A DNA stretch of 64,000 nucleotides, taken from NCBI GenBank assembly GCA_965215125.1, contig OZ244052.1, positions 1,856,001-1,920,000 of the forward strand, in the 5' to 3' direction. The stretch is from an uncultured candidatus Porisulfidus sp. (GTDB taxonomy: Bacteria > Pseudomonadota > Gammaproteobacteria > Poriferisulfidales > Oxydemutatoraceae). Under the pieces are notes generated by a model. That model was not told where the DNA came from, did no database searches, and saw only the letters and a list, made by a program, of their open reading frames with translations. Of the stretch, positions 1 to 13,666 are shown one piece after another (within the stretch, counting starts at the first letter, position 1; every line of letters starts with the position of its first letter). Made by a program: the position numbers and the translations under genes.

Positions 1-1
1 T

Positions 2-289
2 TTTTGCAGAGAGATTGTTCGATCTCAGGATGGTAGACCCTTACATATGGATACAGAATACTATGGTGCCGAACAAATGAAAGACGCACTAATGGATATC
101 TTAATCCTATCAAAGGCGAAACTAATTTATACGACAGGGTCATGGTTTGTAGATGTAGTTAGATTTTTTAATCCATCGGTCAAAATTATTTCTTTATCAA
201 GATGTAGTTATCACCGGAAAATTGACAACTTCATTTCAGTACCTAAAGCACATCTTATAAGCATAGACAATAGAGAAAATACCGAATAA
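2..289 (+). CDS. C-terminal part of a probable fucosyltransferase/NodZ-like glycosyltransferase (runs in from the left edge)
   Basis: The frame is open from base 2 (FCREIVRSQDGRPLHMD...). The DALMDILILSKAKLIYTTGSWF segment resembles the C-terminal 'D-x-x-L-L-S...S-x-F' motif of GDP-fucose transferases. Confidence 0.45.
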   Translation, partial: FCREIVRSQDGRPLHMDTEYYGAEQMKDALMDILILSKAKLIYTTGSWFVDVVRFFNPSVKIISLSRCSYHRKIDNFISVPKAHLISIDNRENTE

Positions 290-331
290 TTTTAACTAAA
301 ATATCTATCTATTAAATTTACGGACACCATA

Positions 332-375
332 ATTCCCCTCTGTGGGGGGGGCAGGCGTAGCCTGACGGGGTGGTC
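332..375 (+). repeat. Family A double-hairpin intergenic repeat (variant)
   Basis: ATTCCCCTCTGTGGGGGGGGCAGGCGTAGCCTGACGGGGTGGTC, matching the copies at 4743, 6990 and 49575. Confidence 0.85.
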
Positions 376-408
376 GCTAAAGGTCGGCACGATTTTATTC
401 CTCCCCTA

Positions 409-1119
409 CTACAAAATTTCGCTAAGCCAGCGTGTCCAAGCATCTAGCACGCGTCGGTCTATGCTGTGCGCCAGTTCGTCGAATACGTGCGACTGCACAT
501 GAAAGCCGGCATCTTCCAACAATTTCGGCATTGCGCTTACGGCTCTGTGCGGGATGATCGGGTCTAGGGTGCCGTGGGTTAATAACACCGGTGTGCCGCT
601 ATCGTCGGGTATCGGCTCTCCGCGCGGCAAATAACCCGACCACGAGAAAGCCCCGGCGAAGTGCTTCGTTTCGTTGAATAGACTATACATTGCAAGTGCG
701 CCGCCTTGTGAAAAACCTCCGACGATGATTTTATCTTCGGGCACTCCGTCGGCGATCAATTCATCGACCAATTGCCTGATTAGTTTTAAGGATTTCTCCA
801 GACCCACTTTGTCCTCTTGCGGCTGAGCGTCTTCCAATGCAATGATATCAAACCATGCCGGCATTTTCATTCCACCGTTCAATGTCACCGGTTGTATCGG
901 TGCCTGTGGTATGAAGAAAGAAATTCGGTCCTTATCGGGCAGAGAGACCATAGAAAGACCGGCAGCGAGGTCGTCGGCGGACGCACCCAAGCCGTGCAAC
1001 AGAATGATGCCGCCGATAGCGTTCTGCTTGGCAGGTTTTTTAATGCCTTGCCAATTTCCTTTGGGGTTTGTAGGGTTCAATGTTTGTGTCATAACTAAGT
1101 CCTTTATATGTTCATTCAT
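409..1119 (-). CDS. Phospholipase/carboxylesterase (alpha/beta hydrolase)
   Basis: LLHGLGA, PAWFDI, the GGFSQGG nucleophile elbow, HGTLDPII and a catalytic His in LAHSI. Confidence 0.93.
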   Translation of the reverse strand: MNEHIKDLVMTQTLNPTNPKGNWQGIKKPAKQNAIGGIILLHGLGASADDLAAGLSMVSLPDKDRISFFIPQAPIQPVTLNGGMKMPAWFDIIALEDAQPQEDKVGLEKSLKLIRQLVDELIADGVPEDKIIVGGFSQGGALAMYSLFNETKHFAGAFSWSGYLPRGEPIPDDSGTPVLLTHGTLDPIIPHRAVSAMPKLLEDAGFHVQSHVFDELAHSIDRRVLDAWTRWLSEIL

Positions 1120-4100
1120 TATCGAGGTTCACCGAATCCACCGCCACCGGGTGTTGCAATGATTAGGGTGTCGCCGGCCCGCATCGCAACGGTGGTGTTT
1201 GCCGCTAATAGCTCCATGCTCCCGTCTTTGCGCCGTACACTATTTTGTCCGCATAATCCGGGTTTGCCTCCGTTTAGTCCGAAAGGTGCTATTGTACGAT
1301 GACTCGACAATATCGACGCACTCATGGCTTCTAAAAAAGTTATTTTGCGAACGACACCGTCGCCGCCACGATATCTGCCGTCGCCGCCGCTACCGATACG
1401 GATACCGAAGTTTTCTAACAATACCGGGAACCGTGATTCTAGAATTTCGGGGTCGGTGAGTCTGGAATTCGTCATATGGGTGTGAACCGCACTCGCACCG
1501 TCAAAGCTCGCGCCGGCACCGGCACCACCGCACAATGTTTCGTAATATTGGTATTGTTGGTTACCGAAACTCAGATTGTTCATCGTGCCTTGCGAGGCGG
1601 CGAGGATGCCCATCGCACCGTACAGTGCGTTGACAATTGCTTGCGAGGTTTCAACATTACCGGCGACGACCGCAGACGGATAGTTCGGGTTCAGCAGGCT
1701 ATCTTCGGGGATAACGAGTTGTATGGGTTTTAGGCAACCCTCGTTTAGCGGTATGTCGGCGTTGGTCAAGGTGCGAAAAACATATAATACCGCTGCCCGA
1801 GCGACCGCAGCCGGCGCATGGAAATTAGTATCGGTTTGCCCGGATGTGCCGGTAAAATCGACGATTGCCGATCGTTTATCCTCGGCAATGGAAATTTGAA
1901 CCTTGATGACGGCATCGTGTTCCAAAGGATAGACGAATTGTCCACCATGCAAAGTTTTTAGCGCATCGCGCACCGCAACCTCGGCGTTATCCTGTATATA
2001 TCGCATATACGAGCAAACCGTTTTTAGACCGAAATCGTCTATCATGTTTTTGAGTTCGCTAACACCTTTTCGGTTTGCCGCAATCTGTGCCTTCAAGTCG
2101 TCTATATTAGTGTCTATATCGCGTGCCGGCCAAGCAGTGCTTGCCAGTATCTCCCGAAGTGCCCGTTCATCAAAATAACCGTTGCGTACCGCTAAAAAGC
2201 AATCTATCAAAACACCTTCTTCCTCTATGTGATGGCTGTTCGGTGGCATAGAACCCGGTGTGGTGCCACCTATGTCGGCATGATGTCCGCGGCAAGCGAC
2301 ATAGAATAACGGCTTTGTGTTATCGGGAGTGATGTTTTGTTGATAGAACACCGGCGTGATAACGGTGATATCGGGCAGATGTGTGCCGCCTTGATAGGGG
2401 CTGTTCAAGACATAGGCATCGCCGTCTTGCATCGTTGCCCGGCATTGTTTGATGACCGCACGCACCGTCTCCCCCATAGAACCTAAATGCACCGGCACAT
2501 GCGGTGCATTTGCTACCAAACCACCGTCCTGATCGAATATCGCACAAGAAAAATCCAGCCGCTCTTTGATATTAACCGAGTGTGCGGTGTTTGCAAGCGT
2601 GATACCCATTTGTTCGGCGATGGACATATAAAGGTGATTGAAAATTTCGAGCTTTACCGGATTCGGTTTAGCCATATCATCTTTGCTTAAACTTGGTGAA
2701 TGTTTGCTCAACGATTTTTGTTTTTTAAGCAATAGATTATTTTGGCCGGTAATTTCCACTTGCCATTGTGGTTCTACTACGATGGTCTGGGTTTGTTCTA
2801 CGATCAGGGCAGGCCCCTTTATAGATTGATTGAGAGATAGTGTGCTGCGTTCGTATAGTGTAGCTTCCTGCAGACCGTCGCTCGTATGAAAATCGATTTG
2901 CACCGGTTTTATTTCCTTTGTTGGATGATCTGCCGAAGCGGTGTGCGATTTTACCTCGCCGCTCATTGTGGTAATTGCTTCTACCGATAGGCTGGCGATA
3001 ATAAGCGGGGTCTCGGGTAATATAAAACCGAATCTTTGTCGATGCAGTGCTTCAAATGCCGTACGTAAATTGTCATGCCGATTGAAATCAAGTTCTAAGC
3101 TAAAGTCGCTGCCTTGATAGCGGATGTGAATACGCCTAATAATACGGACCGGATTTGAGTCGGTGTTGTGTGCGGTGATTTCAGTTTTAGCTTGTGTTTC
3201 CAGTGTCTGCCATATAGGATCCAATGCTGCGCTGTCGGCTTCCGCTATCGGTCGTTCAACGCTGCAGGTGCGCAGTGCGCTTGAGTTGGCAAGTCCTATG
3301 CCGTAGGCGGATAGCACGCTTGCAAGCGGATGTATCAATATCTGCTTGATGCCCAATAGGTCGGCAACACGACACGCGTGCTGTCCGCCGGCACCTCCGA
3401 AGCAACACAAGGTATAGCGGCGTATGTCATGCCCGCGCTGCACCGATATTTTTTTTATCGCTTGTGCCATATTGTTGACCGCAACCGAAAGAAAGTCCGA
3501 TGCGACCTCGGTGTAAGTGCGGTGTTCGTCGTCGGCAGCGTTGATCCTTTCGGTTAGGGCTAGAAATTTTTTCAAAACGATGTCCAAATCCAAACTTTGT
3601 TTTCCGTCGTTGCCGAACAAAGACGGGAAATAATCGGCTTGTATGCGACCTAAAATCAGGTTGCAATCGGTTACGGTTAGAGGACCACCTTTGCGATAAC
3701 ACGCAGGTCCCGGGTCGGCTCCTGCCGACTCCGGCCCCACTTGATAACGCCCGTTGCGAAACTGGATAATAGAGCCGCCGCCCGCTGCGATTGTATGTAT
3801 GTTCAACATCGGTGCTTGCAAATGGATGCCGGCAACTTGACTATCAAAAGTGCGCTCGTAGTGTCCCGAGTAGTGCGAGACATCGGTTGAAGTGCCACCC
3901 ATATCAAAGCCGATGATACGCTTACATCCCGATTGCAAGCCGGTTTCCACCGCACCGACGATACCGCCGGCGGGACCCGACAATAAGCTATTCACGGCTC
4001 TAAAGTTATTGGCATCGCTCAGCCCGCCGCTTGACTGCATGAATGAAATTTTCACGCCCGGCAGTGCCTCGGATATGCGGCGCACATAGCGTAGCAATAC

Positions 4101-4820
4101 CGGCGATAGATACGCATCAACTACGGTCGTGCCGCCGCGTCCGACGAACTTTATCATCGGACTCACCTCGTGCGATGCCGAGATTTGTGTGTATCCTATT
4201 TGTTCGGCGATTTCGCACAAGATTTTCTCGTGAGACGGGTATTTATAGCTGTGCATCAAACAGATAGCACAAGTGCGTATGCCGTCGCGATATGCCGATT
4301 CGAGCAGGTGCTTTGCCGCCGCCGTATCAACTTCGGTCAGCACATTGCCGTTTGCATCTACACGCTCGTCTATTTCTACGACGCGTTCGTAAAGCGGATC
4401 GGGCAGTTTGATATGGAGTGCAAATAATTCGGGGCGCGCCTGATAAGCGATGCGTAATACATCGGCGAAGCCTCGGTTGACGAGTAGCACGGTTCGATCG
4501 CCTTTGCGTTCCAACAATGCATTGGTTGCCACGGTTGTACCCATGCGCACCGCGGCAATCCGTTCGCCGGGTATGGGTGCGTCGGGAACCCCTAACACAT
4601 CCCTGATACCTTGCAAAGCCGCATCGGAATAGTGCTGCGGGTTTTCCGAAAGCAGTTTATGGACGATTAATTCACCGTCGGTATTTTTTGCAACGATGTC
4701 GGTAAAAGTGCCGCCTCTATCAATCCAAAAATGCCATTTACTATTCCTCTCCTGTGGAGGGGTGTCAGGCGCAGCCTGACGGGATGGTTGTGTAATCGTC
4801 TGCACCAGTCTATTCCCCAT
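1119..4820 (-). CDS. oplA: Fused 5-oxoprolinase (hydantoinase A/B domains)
   Basis: [60 protein letters not shown] and TPGGGGFG; 1233 aa. Confidence 0.95.
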   Translation of the reverse strand: MGNRLVQTITQPSRQAAPDTPPQERNSKWHFWIDRGGTFTDIVAKNTDGELIVHKLLSENPQHYSDAALQGIRDVLGVPDAPIPGERIAAVRMGTTVATNALLERKGDRTVLLVNRGFADVLRIAYQARPELFALHIKLPDPLYERVVEIDERVDANGNVLTEVDTAAAKHLLESAYRDGIRTCAICLMHSYKYPSHEKILCEIAEQIGYTQISASHEVSPMIKFVGRGGTTVVDAYLSPVLLRYVRRISEALPGVKISFMQSSGGLSDANNFRAVNSLLSGPAGGIVGAVETGLQSGCKRIIGFDMGGTSTDVSHYSGHYERTFDSQVAGIHLQAPMLNIHTIAAGGGSIIQFRNGRYQVGPESAGADPGPACYRKGGPLTVTDCNLILGRIQADYFPSLFGNDGKQSLDLDIVLKKFLALTERINAADDEHRTYTEVASDFLSVAVNNMAQAIKKISVQRGHDIRRYTLCCFGGAGGQHACRVADLLGIKQILIHPLASVLSAYGIGLANSSALRTCSVERPIAEADSAALDPIWQTLETQAKTEITAHNTDSNPVRIIRRIHIRYQGSDFSLELDFNRHDNLRTAFEALHRQRFGFILPETPLIIASLSVEAITTMSGEVKSHTASADHPTKEIKPVQIDFHTSDGLQEATLYERSTLSLNQSIKGPALIVEQTQTIVVEPQWQVEITGQNNLLLKKQKSLSKHSPSLSKDDMAKPNPVKLEIFNHLYMSIAEQMGITLANTAHSVNIKERLDFSCAIFDQDGGLVANAPHVPVHLGSMGETVRAVIKQCRATMQDGDAYVLNSPYQGGTHLPDITVITPVFYQQNITPDNTKPLFYVACRGHHADIGGTTPGSMPPNSHHIEEEGVLIDCFLAVRNGYFDERALREILASTAWPARDIDTNIDDLKAQIAANRKGVSELKNMIDDFGLKTVCSYMRYIQDNAEVAVRDALKTLHGGQFVYPLEHDAVIKVQISIAEDKRSAIVDFTGTSGQTDTNFHAPAAVARAAVLYVFRTLTNADIPLNEGCLKPIQLVIPEDSLLNPNYPSAVVAGNVETSQAIVNALYGAMGILAASQGTMNNLSFGNQQYQYYETLCGGAGAGASFDGASAVHTHMTNSRLTDPEILESRFPVLLENFGIRIGSGGDGRYRGGDGVVRKITFLEAMSASILSSHRTIAPFGLNGGKPGLCGQNSVRRKDGSMELLAANTTVAMRAGDTLIIATPGGGGFGEPR
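4743..4789 (+). repeat. Family A repeat lying inside the 5' coding region of oplA
   Basis: ATTCCTCTCCTGTGGAGGGGTGTCAGGCGCAGCCTGACGGGATGGTT, two mismatches from the intergenic copy at 49575. Confidence 0.9.
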
Positions 4821-4862
4821 TCGTTAAGGTTCTGCACAATGTTACGCCACCTGCGCTATCGC

Positions 4863-6275
4863 TTAATCGGGAAGTTTTTTTGCAAGATACGCACGGGCAT
4901 TCGCAATTTGTTGCCGAACACCTGCGCTACCGCCGTGGGTGCGTTTATTCTGCAATGCGGTTTTAGGGTTCAACACCTTAAATGCGCTACTATCCAATGC
5001 CGAATGTAAGGCTTGCAATTTTTCTACGGGAAGTGCATCTAGGGAACAATCCTCCTGTATTGCGAGCTTGACCGCTTGCCCGACTATTCGGTGCGCATCC
5101 CGAAACGGAACTTGCTTGCCGACCAAATAGTCTGCTAAATCGGTTGCCGTAGAGAATCCACTCTGTGCCGCCTTGAGCATGTTCTCACGATTCACCTTGA
5201 GTGCCGGTATTATCTCGGCGAGAATCAAAACCGACGGCAAGGTTGCATCGAGCGCATCGTAGACGCATGCTTTGTCCTCTTGATTATCTCGGTTATACGC
5301 CAAAGGCTGTGCTTTCATCAATACCAGCAATGCCGTCAACGCACCGGTCGTACGACTACTCTTGCCGCGTATCAGTTCGGCTATATCGGGATTTTTCTTT
5401 TGTGGCATGATCGACGAACCCGTACAATGGCGATCCGCCAAAGTGATAAAATCAAATTGTTGCGACGACCACAATATCAGCTCTTCGCAGACGCGTGATA
5501 GATGCGACATCAACAACGCACAACACGAGCAGAACTCTATCGCAAAGTCGCGATCCGAGACCGCATCCAAAGAATTATCCGAGATCGCTTCAAAACCGAG
5601 TAATTCGGCTGCGTAGAGTCTATCCAAATCATAGCTGGTTCCGGCACAAGCAGCACTTCCCAAAGACAACACATTGACGCGACGACGCGCATCGTGCAAG
5701 CGAGCGGTGTCGCGCTTCAACATTTCAAACCACGCCAATAGATGATGTCCGAAACTAACCGGTTGAGCAACTTGCAAATGCGTATACGCCGGCATCACGG
5801 TTTCCGCCTCGTTCTCGGCAAGGTCGACCAGACTTTGCTGAAGTTTATCCGTTGCTTCCAGCAACAGGTCTATTTGACCGCGTAAATAAAGTCTAAAGTC
5901 TGTTGCTATCTGATCGTTTCTGGAACGCCCGGTGTGCAATTTCTTTCCGACTTCGCCCAGACGCTCGGTCAAACAAGCCTCTATATTCGTATGTATATCC
6001 TCAAGCGAGACATCCCAATTAAAGCGGTCTTCCGCTATTTCCTCTCTAATTTGATACAAACCCGAAATCAGAGACTCTGCCTCTTGGTCGGTCAACACCT
6101 GCGCCTTGAGTAGCACCTTGACATGTGCCACCGAGGCTTCTATATCCTCGACATAAAAACGTTTGTCGTGTTCCAGCGAGGCGGTGAAAAGCTCAACCTG
6201 CCGTTCAGTCGATTCTGAGAACCGTCCACCCCATAATTTGTCTTTTGTTTGTTTTTCACTCATCGCACTATTCAA
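4863..6275 (-). CDS. argH: Argininosuccinate lyase
   Basis: LWGGRF, LHTGRSRNDQ and the GSSIMPQKKNPD fumarate-lyase signature. Confidence 0.98.
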   Translation of the reverse strand: MNSAMSEKQTKDKLWGGRFSESTERQVELFTASLEHDKRFYVEDIEASVAHVKVLLKAQVLTDQEAESLISGLYQIREEIAEDRFNWDVSLEDIHTNIEACLTERLGEVGKKLHTGRSRNDQIATDFRLYLRGQIDLLLEATDKLQQSLVDLAENEAETVMPAYTHLQVAQPVSFGHHLLAWFEMLKRDTARLHDARRRVNVLSLGSAACAGTSYDLDRLYAAELLGFEAISDNSLDAVSDRDFAIEFCSCCALLMSHLSRVCEELILWSSQQFDFITLADRHCTGSSIMPQKKNPDIAELIRGKSSRTTGALTALLVLMKAQPLAYNRDNQEDKACVYDALDATLPSVLILAEIIPALKVNRENMLKAAQSGFSTATDLADYLVGKQVPFRDAHRIVGQAVKLAIQEDCSLDALPVEKLQALHSALDSSAFKVLNPKTALQNKRTHGGSAGVRQQIANARAYLAKKLPD

Positions 6276-6411
6276 TGTTTAATCATCGGATTATAAACTA
6301 ACATCTGCCGTGTTTGACTACAAATATTTCGGGTATCCCGACGGTGGTTAATCATTGCATGATATCGCCGTAGCTTTATACTAAGATACTCCTATATAAC
6401 CCTAAATTATT

Positions 6412-6975
6412 ATGCTAGTGAATTTACACGAACAACTAAACGGTGCCTGCGAGCTGATTAAAAGCGGCGGTGTCGTTGCGTATCCGACCGAAGCGGTATT
6501 CGGTTTGGGCTGCGACCCTATGAACGAACATGCCGTACGACGTTTATCGGAGATTAAAAAGCGACCGCAAAACAAAAGCTACATTCTAATCGCCGATAAC
6601 TTTGCCCGATTGCATCCTTTTTGCGCGACTATAGACGACTCACGATGGCAACAGGTTAAACGGGATTGGCCGGGACCGTATACTTGGGTGTTTCCGGCAA
6701 CCGAATTATGCCCTTGTTGGCTCTGCGATAAAGAAATAGGTATCGCAGTTCGGGTGACCGCGCACCCTGTTGCGGCTGCATTATGCAGTCTTTGTGGACA
6801 CGCCCTAGTTTCTACGAGTGCCAATCTCAGCGGTGAACCACCCGCTAAAACATGGCAAGAAGTAAAGGCGACATTCAACGATACGGTTGATTATATCGTT
6901 TGTGCCGATGTCTCCGACCCGACCGGAAAACCTACGGTTATTCACAATGCGACGAGCGGCGAGAGAATCAGATAA
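6412..6975 (+). CDS. tsaC: Threonylcarbamoyl-AMP synthase (Sua5/YrdC)
   Basis: VAYPTEAVFGLGCDP, KKRP, WPGP and STSANLSG. Confidence 0.95.
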   Translation: MLVNLHEQLNGACELIKSGGVVAYPTEAVFGLGCDPMNEHAVRRLSEIKKRPQNKSYILIADNFARLHPFCATIDDSRWQQVKRDWPGPYTWVFPATELCPCWLCDKEIGIAVRVTAHPVAAALCSLCGHALVSTSANLSGEPPAKTWQEVKATFNDTVDYIVCADVSDPTGKPTVIHNATSGERIR

Positions 6976-6989
6976 TGATTGTATGTAAC

Positions 6990-7111
6990 ATTCCCCTCCT
7001 ATGGAGGGGTGGCAGGCTTCGCCTGACGGGGTGGTTTATTCCCCTCCTGTGGAGGGGCGGCAGGTGCAACAGAACCCCCGATTGAACCAGTTGAGTAAAT
7101 GGCAGTTCTAT
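6990..7111 (+). repeat. Family A copy, then a second half-copy joined to a degenerate family B palindrome
   Basis: ATTCCCCTCCTATGGAGGGGTGGCAGGCTTCGCCTGACGGGGTGGTT, then ATTCCCCTCCTGTGGAGGGGCGGCAGGTGCA followed by ACAGAACCCCCGATTGAACCAGT...GTTCTAT. Confidence 0.85.
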
Positions 7112-7149
7112 TTCCAATAACTCCTTTATATACCTTATAATCTATTAGC

Positions 7150-9891
<2,742 letters not shown>

Positions 9892-9899
9892 AGGCAGTT

Positions 9900-10035
9900 A
9901 TTCCCCTCCTGTGGAGGGGTGGCCTATGCATTTTGCAATGCATGCGTTTAGCAGTCATGTTGAGGTTCTGAACAAAGTCACGCCGATTGACCTACTGGTT
10001 CAATCGGCGGTTCTATTCAGCCTGACGGGGTGGTT
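9900..10035 (+). repeat. Composite repeat: family A split by a ~95 bp long-form family B element
   Basis: A left half ATTCCCCTCCTGTGGAGGGGTGG, then an insert ending CGCCGATTGACCTACTGGTTCAATCGGCGGTTCTAT, then A right half CAGCCTGACGGGGTGGTT. The insert is almost identical to 20590-20681. Confidence 0.88.
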
Positions 10036-10130
10036 GCAGCGTATCTGCACCATTCCAATCGCTACCCACCGATATAGCAAGTGATGCGACTTTCTGCTAC
10101 GATAGCCGTTTATACCGAACAGGAGAAGCA

Positions 10131-10564
10131 ATGAAAGAAGTTATAGATAAGGAATTATTCGGATGGGTCCCGCTCTACGAAGGGATAGCCGACCCTTTTA
10201 GAGGTCGTCGGAGAAGAGCCATCGACGGAACCGAAGCCAAAGAAAGATGAGTAGACATCTTTTTGGGGGAAAGTTTATTAAGAAGCTACGCGCTTCTAAT
10301 CCTAGACTTAAACCGGACGAGAGCCGGACCGACAAGGCGACTATTCGTAACTGATCTAACGGCTATTACAGCTGGGAGCTTCTCTCCGATGGCGATAGCT
10401 ACGAGGAATATCTTAAAAAGGGCGGAAGGGATAAGGATCTTCTTTGGGACTATAACCACGGCTTTATAGCTTTAAGCGATACGAGAGAAGAAGCTTTAGC
10501 TAAAGCTCTTTCGCCGACGCAAGCCGAAGCGGAAGCCGAATATAAGCCCGATGATCTGTCCGGT
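10131..10564 (+). pseudogene. Disrupted N-terminal (specificity) region of mcrB
   Basis: AGGAG RBS and ATG at 10131 (MKEVIDKELFGWVPLYEGIAD). Reaching the mcrB frame needs at least one frameshift, probably two. In that frame, MSRHLFGGK...TIRN is followed by an in-frame TGA at 10352, then SNGYYSWELL... reads straight into the AAA+ ORF. Confidence 0.65.
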
Positions 10565-11461
10565 TTGAGCGGACCCTACGGGGTTGGCGACATCGTTGAA
10601 GACGGTTGCTTTATGACTCGTGAAGAATTGGAAAACATTCTCGGACGGCTACGAAGCAAAAAAAACATCGTTCTACAAGGTCCTCCCGGCACGGGGAAAA
10701 CTTGGCTAGCCAAACGGTTGGCGTATGCTTTGATGGGAGTCCAAGATAGCGATAAATTAAAAGCCATACAATTTCATTCAAACATATCTTACGAAGATTT
10801 TGTTATCGGATACCGCCCTTCAGAGGAAAAAGATTTAAAGCTTAAGGACGGTCTATTTCTGGAGATGATACGCAAAGCCGAGAATGACGACAAAAATAAA
10901 TATGTTGTCGTGATAGAAGAAATCAACAGAGGGAATCCTGCCCGGGTATTCGGAGAAATGTTAACCCTTTTGGAAGCTGATAAAAGAAAAGCGGGGGAAG
11001 CATTGCAACTGATTTATGGTGAGGAAAAGGTGTTTGTACCACCCAATCTTTTCGTTATCGGCACCATGAACATTGCCGATCGCTCGTTGGCATTGGTTGA
11101 TTTTGCGCTGCGTCGCAGGTTTGCTTTTATAGATTTGCAACCTAATTTTGGAGATAAATGGAAAAACTGGGTTCATGCGGAAAGACATATCCCCGAAGAA
11201 TTTTTGGAAAAAATAGGACAGCGAATGAGAGAACTAAACGACACAATCGCAGATAGCTCCGGTTTGGGTGAACAATTTAAGATAGGGCATAGTTATTTGA
11301 TACCGACCGGCAATACGATAGAAGCGGACTATAAAGGGAGTCATACGGCGTGGTATAGAGAGGTGATAAAAACCGAGATAGAACCGTTGCTCAGAGAATA
11401 TTGGTTTGATACACCGGAGACTGCCAAGAAGGAGGCGGAAAAACTTAGCGAAGGGATTTAG
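10565..11461 (+). CDS. mcrB: McrB-family AAA+ GTPase domain
   Basis: Walker A GPPGTGKT, QFHSNISYEDF, IEEINRG, GTMNIADRS (NxxD), ALRRRF, IGHSY and PLLREYWFD. Confidence 0.9.
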   Translation: MSGPYGVGDIVEDGCFMTREELENILGRLRSKKNIVLQGPPGTGKTWLAKRLAYALMGVQDSDKLKAIQFHSNISYEDFVIGYRPSEEKDLKLKDGLFLEMIRKAENDDKNKYVVVIEEINRGNPARVFGEMLTLLEADKRKAGEALQLIYGEEKVFVPPNLFVIGTMNIADRSLALVDFALRRRFAFIDLQPNFGDKWKNWVHAERHIPEEFLEKIGQRMRELNDTIADSSGLGEQFKIGHSYLIPTGNTIEADYKGSHTAWYREVIKTEIEPLLREYWFDTPETAKKEAEKLSEGI

Positions 11462-12567
11462 TGGCAGTGTCGGCAACCGAGGCTATACTCACTGTAGGCA
11501 AGATTCCGATTCGCAATTTATGGCTACTGATATTCTACGCCTCCGACCTTCATCACCACGACGAGACGGCTAGAAAAAACCTCGAAGAAAATCCCGACGA
11601 CATTGCCGATATCGCGGCGGAGATACTTTGCTATCATGTAGAGCGGCAGCTGATGCGCAATCTGAGTTTTGGTTATCAAAATAAGGTTGCCGTTCTGAAC
11701 AGAGTGCGAGGACGTATAGACCTGCTCTATACCGAGTCTCGTCAACTATTGAGCAAAGCCGAAGTCTGTTGCCGTTTTGCCGAACTTAGCATTGATACAC
11801 CGCGCAATCGCTATGTGCGTGCGGCATTGCAACATCTAGCTTCGCTAAAACAGCTTGATAGAGAGCGAAAACACAAATGCCGTTTGCTCGCTATGCAACT
11901 TGAAGCCATAGGTGTGGGACGACAAAAACCACCCAACTATGGTGCGAGGAGCGAGCGTTTCGGCTTACACGACTACGCAGACCGAGTCATGCTATACGCT
12001 GCCGACTTGGCATTTAGCTTAGCCTTGCCGACCGATATAGACGGCGACCATTACCTGCTATCTCCCGATAAAGATATCAGCTGGTTGCGAAAGTTATTCG
12101 AGCGCGCAGTGCGGGGTTTCTATGCGATTAGACTTAAAGATATATGCGAGGTGAAATCGGAAAAATTGAAGTGGGATAGACAAAACGAGACCGATAAAAT
12201 TAAAGACATCTTGCCGGAAATGCAAACCGATATAAGCATTAAAAATAAATCATCCGGCGAGTGTTTAATCATTGATACCAAGTTTAACGAAATAACTACC
12301 AAAGGACGGCATAGAGGCAAGGCACTGCGCAACAGTTATATCTACCAAATATACGCTTATGTAAGAAGCCAAGAGCGATACGAAGACCGGTCGTCGCGTT
12401 CAACGGCAGGGATGTTGTTGCATCCCTCGGTTGGCGAAGATTACGACGAATCGGTTACTATTCAGGGCCACGAGTTCAAGTTCTGCACCGTCGATCTCGC
12501 AGCTACGGCAAAGCAGATAACTGCCCGATTATTGGATCTGCTGCCCGCATATTTCAGGGAAGTGTGA
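11461..12567 (+). CDS. mcrC: McrC restriction nuclease subunit
   Basis: IPIRNLWLL, RGRID, LFERAV, the PD-(D/E)xK-type MQTDI...IIDTKF motif and YQIYAY; translationally coupled to mcrB. Confidence 0.93.
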   Translation: MAVSATEAILTVGKIPIRNLWLLIFYASDLHHHDETARKNLEENPDDIADIAAEILCYHVERQLMRNLSFGYQNKVAVLNRVRGRIDLLYTESRQLLSKAEVCCRFAELSIDTPRNRYVRAALQHLASLKQLDRERKHKCRLLAMQLEAIGVGRQKPPNYGARSERFGLHDYADRVMLYAADLAFSLALPTDIDGDHYLLSPDKDISWLRKLFERAVRGFYAIRLKDICEVKSEKLKWDRQNETDKIKDILPEMQTDISIKNKSSGECLIIDTKFNEITTKGRHRGKALRNSYIYQIYAYVRSQERYEDRSSRSTAGMLLHPSVGEDYDESVTIQGHEFKFCTVDLAATAKQITARLLDLLPAYFREV

Positions 12568-12619
12568 ACGATACGCGAAGCGCATATCGTTTAACCGCCG
12601 TTAATTTTGAGTTAATAAG

Positions 12620-12880
12620 CTAGTCGGATGTAGATTGTTTACCTCTGTTCTTGAGGCGATCTCTGAGGTCCATAAAAGCGTTGATGAGCTTTACGAGGAA
12701 GAGTACTATGGTCAGAACCAACAGAACCAACCCACCGGCATAATAGATGGGGTCTTCTATTACTAAACCTCCCAAAGTTATTGCCATCACAATACCTCCC
12801 AGTATTATTAGCAATATGAGTTCGGCTAAGCTACCGTTCTCTTCCCATGTTGTCGATTGAAATGAATCGTGATCTACCAT
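12620..12880 (-). CDS. Small hypothetical membrane protein (two TM helices)
   Basis: 86 aa ORF with two long hydrophobic stretches and a basic C-terminal tail. Confidence 0.55.
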   Translation of the reverse strand: MVDHDSFQSTTWEENGSLAELILLIILGGIVMAITLGGLVIEDPIYYAGGLVLLVLTIVLFLVKLINAFMDLRDRLKNRGKQSTSD

Positions 12881-12953
12881 TGTGGCTATCTCAAATTTTC
12901 CTTGTTATATCAGTTAATGCGAACATCATAGCACAAGACATTATCCATACCGG

Positions 12954-13661
12954 CTAGAACAAAAGAGCAAGACCGAGGGTGCCGATAAAAGCACCACTAT
13001 CTTCGTCGTTGCTTCGGGCAATAGACGAGGTCTCTCCGAGTTTGCGTTCGTATTTAATTTCCAAGTAGGGTGCGACAGAACGCGCAATCTCGTAGCGCGT
13101 TTGTATGCCGAGTTCAATGCTTGAAAAACCCGCACCTATATCTAGCTCCGACACATCTTGTGCGTAAAGTTCTATTTCAAAATAAGGTTCTGCGATAAGT
13201 CTTTGCGTGAACAGAAGTTCGTTTTCTTGTCGAAGGCGCGCACTGAAGTCGCCGTCTTCACTAACAAACAAATGTACTTCGGTCTCGAAGAAATAGGGTG
13301 CCAATCCGTCAAAGCCGACCACTGCATAGGTCAATGAACGGGGTTGGGTATCGTGCCGTACGCCGACTTGAAAATCCCAAAAGCTAGAGATATTGCGGCT
13401 ATACATTGCCCAAAACTCGGCTTGTTCGGTTTCGCTGTCGCTACGCTCACCCTCGGATTTAAGCCATAGTTTATTTTCGTCGGTGCCGATCCAGCCGTCG
13501 AAGTCCCAGTCGGAAAAATTACTGCCGTCGTCGGTTGCGCCGATACCTATTTCCAAGTCAAAAGTATGGAATGTGCCACCACCGTGTGCATCGTCGGCAT
13601 GAACTAAAGGGAAAGATAAGATCGTCGCCAAGCCGGCGACGCTTATATATTTAATGAACAT
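12954..13661 (-). CDS. copB: Copper resistance protein B (outer membrane)
   Basis: Signal peptide, GWIGTDENKLWLKSEGE, GLAPYFFE and RYEIAR..APY; lies directly downstream of copA. Confidence 0.93.
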   Translation of the reverse strand: MFIKYISVAGLATILSFPLVHADDAHGGGTFHTFDLEIGIGATDDGSNFSDWDFDGWIGTDENKLWLKSEGERSDSETEQAEFWAMYSRNISSFWDFQVGVRHDTQPRSLTYAVVGFDGLAPYFFETEVHLFVSEDGDFSARLRQENELLFTQRLIAEPYFEIELYAQDVSELDIGAGFSSIELGIQTRYEIARSVAPYLEIKYERKLGETSSIARSNDEDSGAFIGTLGLALLF

Positions 13662-13666
13662 CGTTT

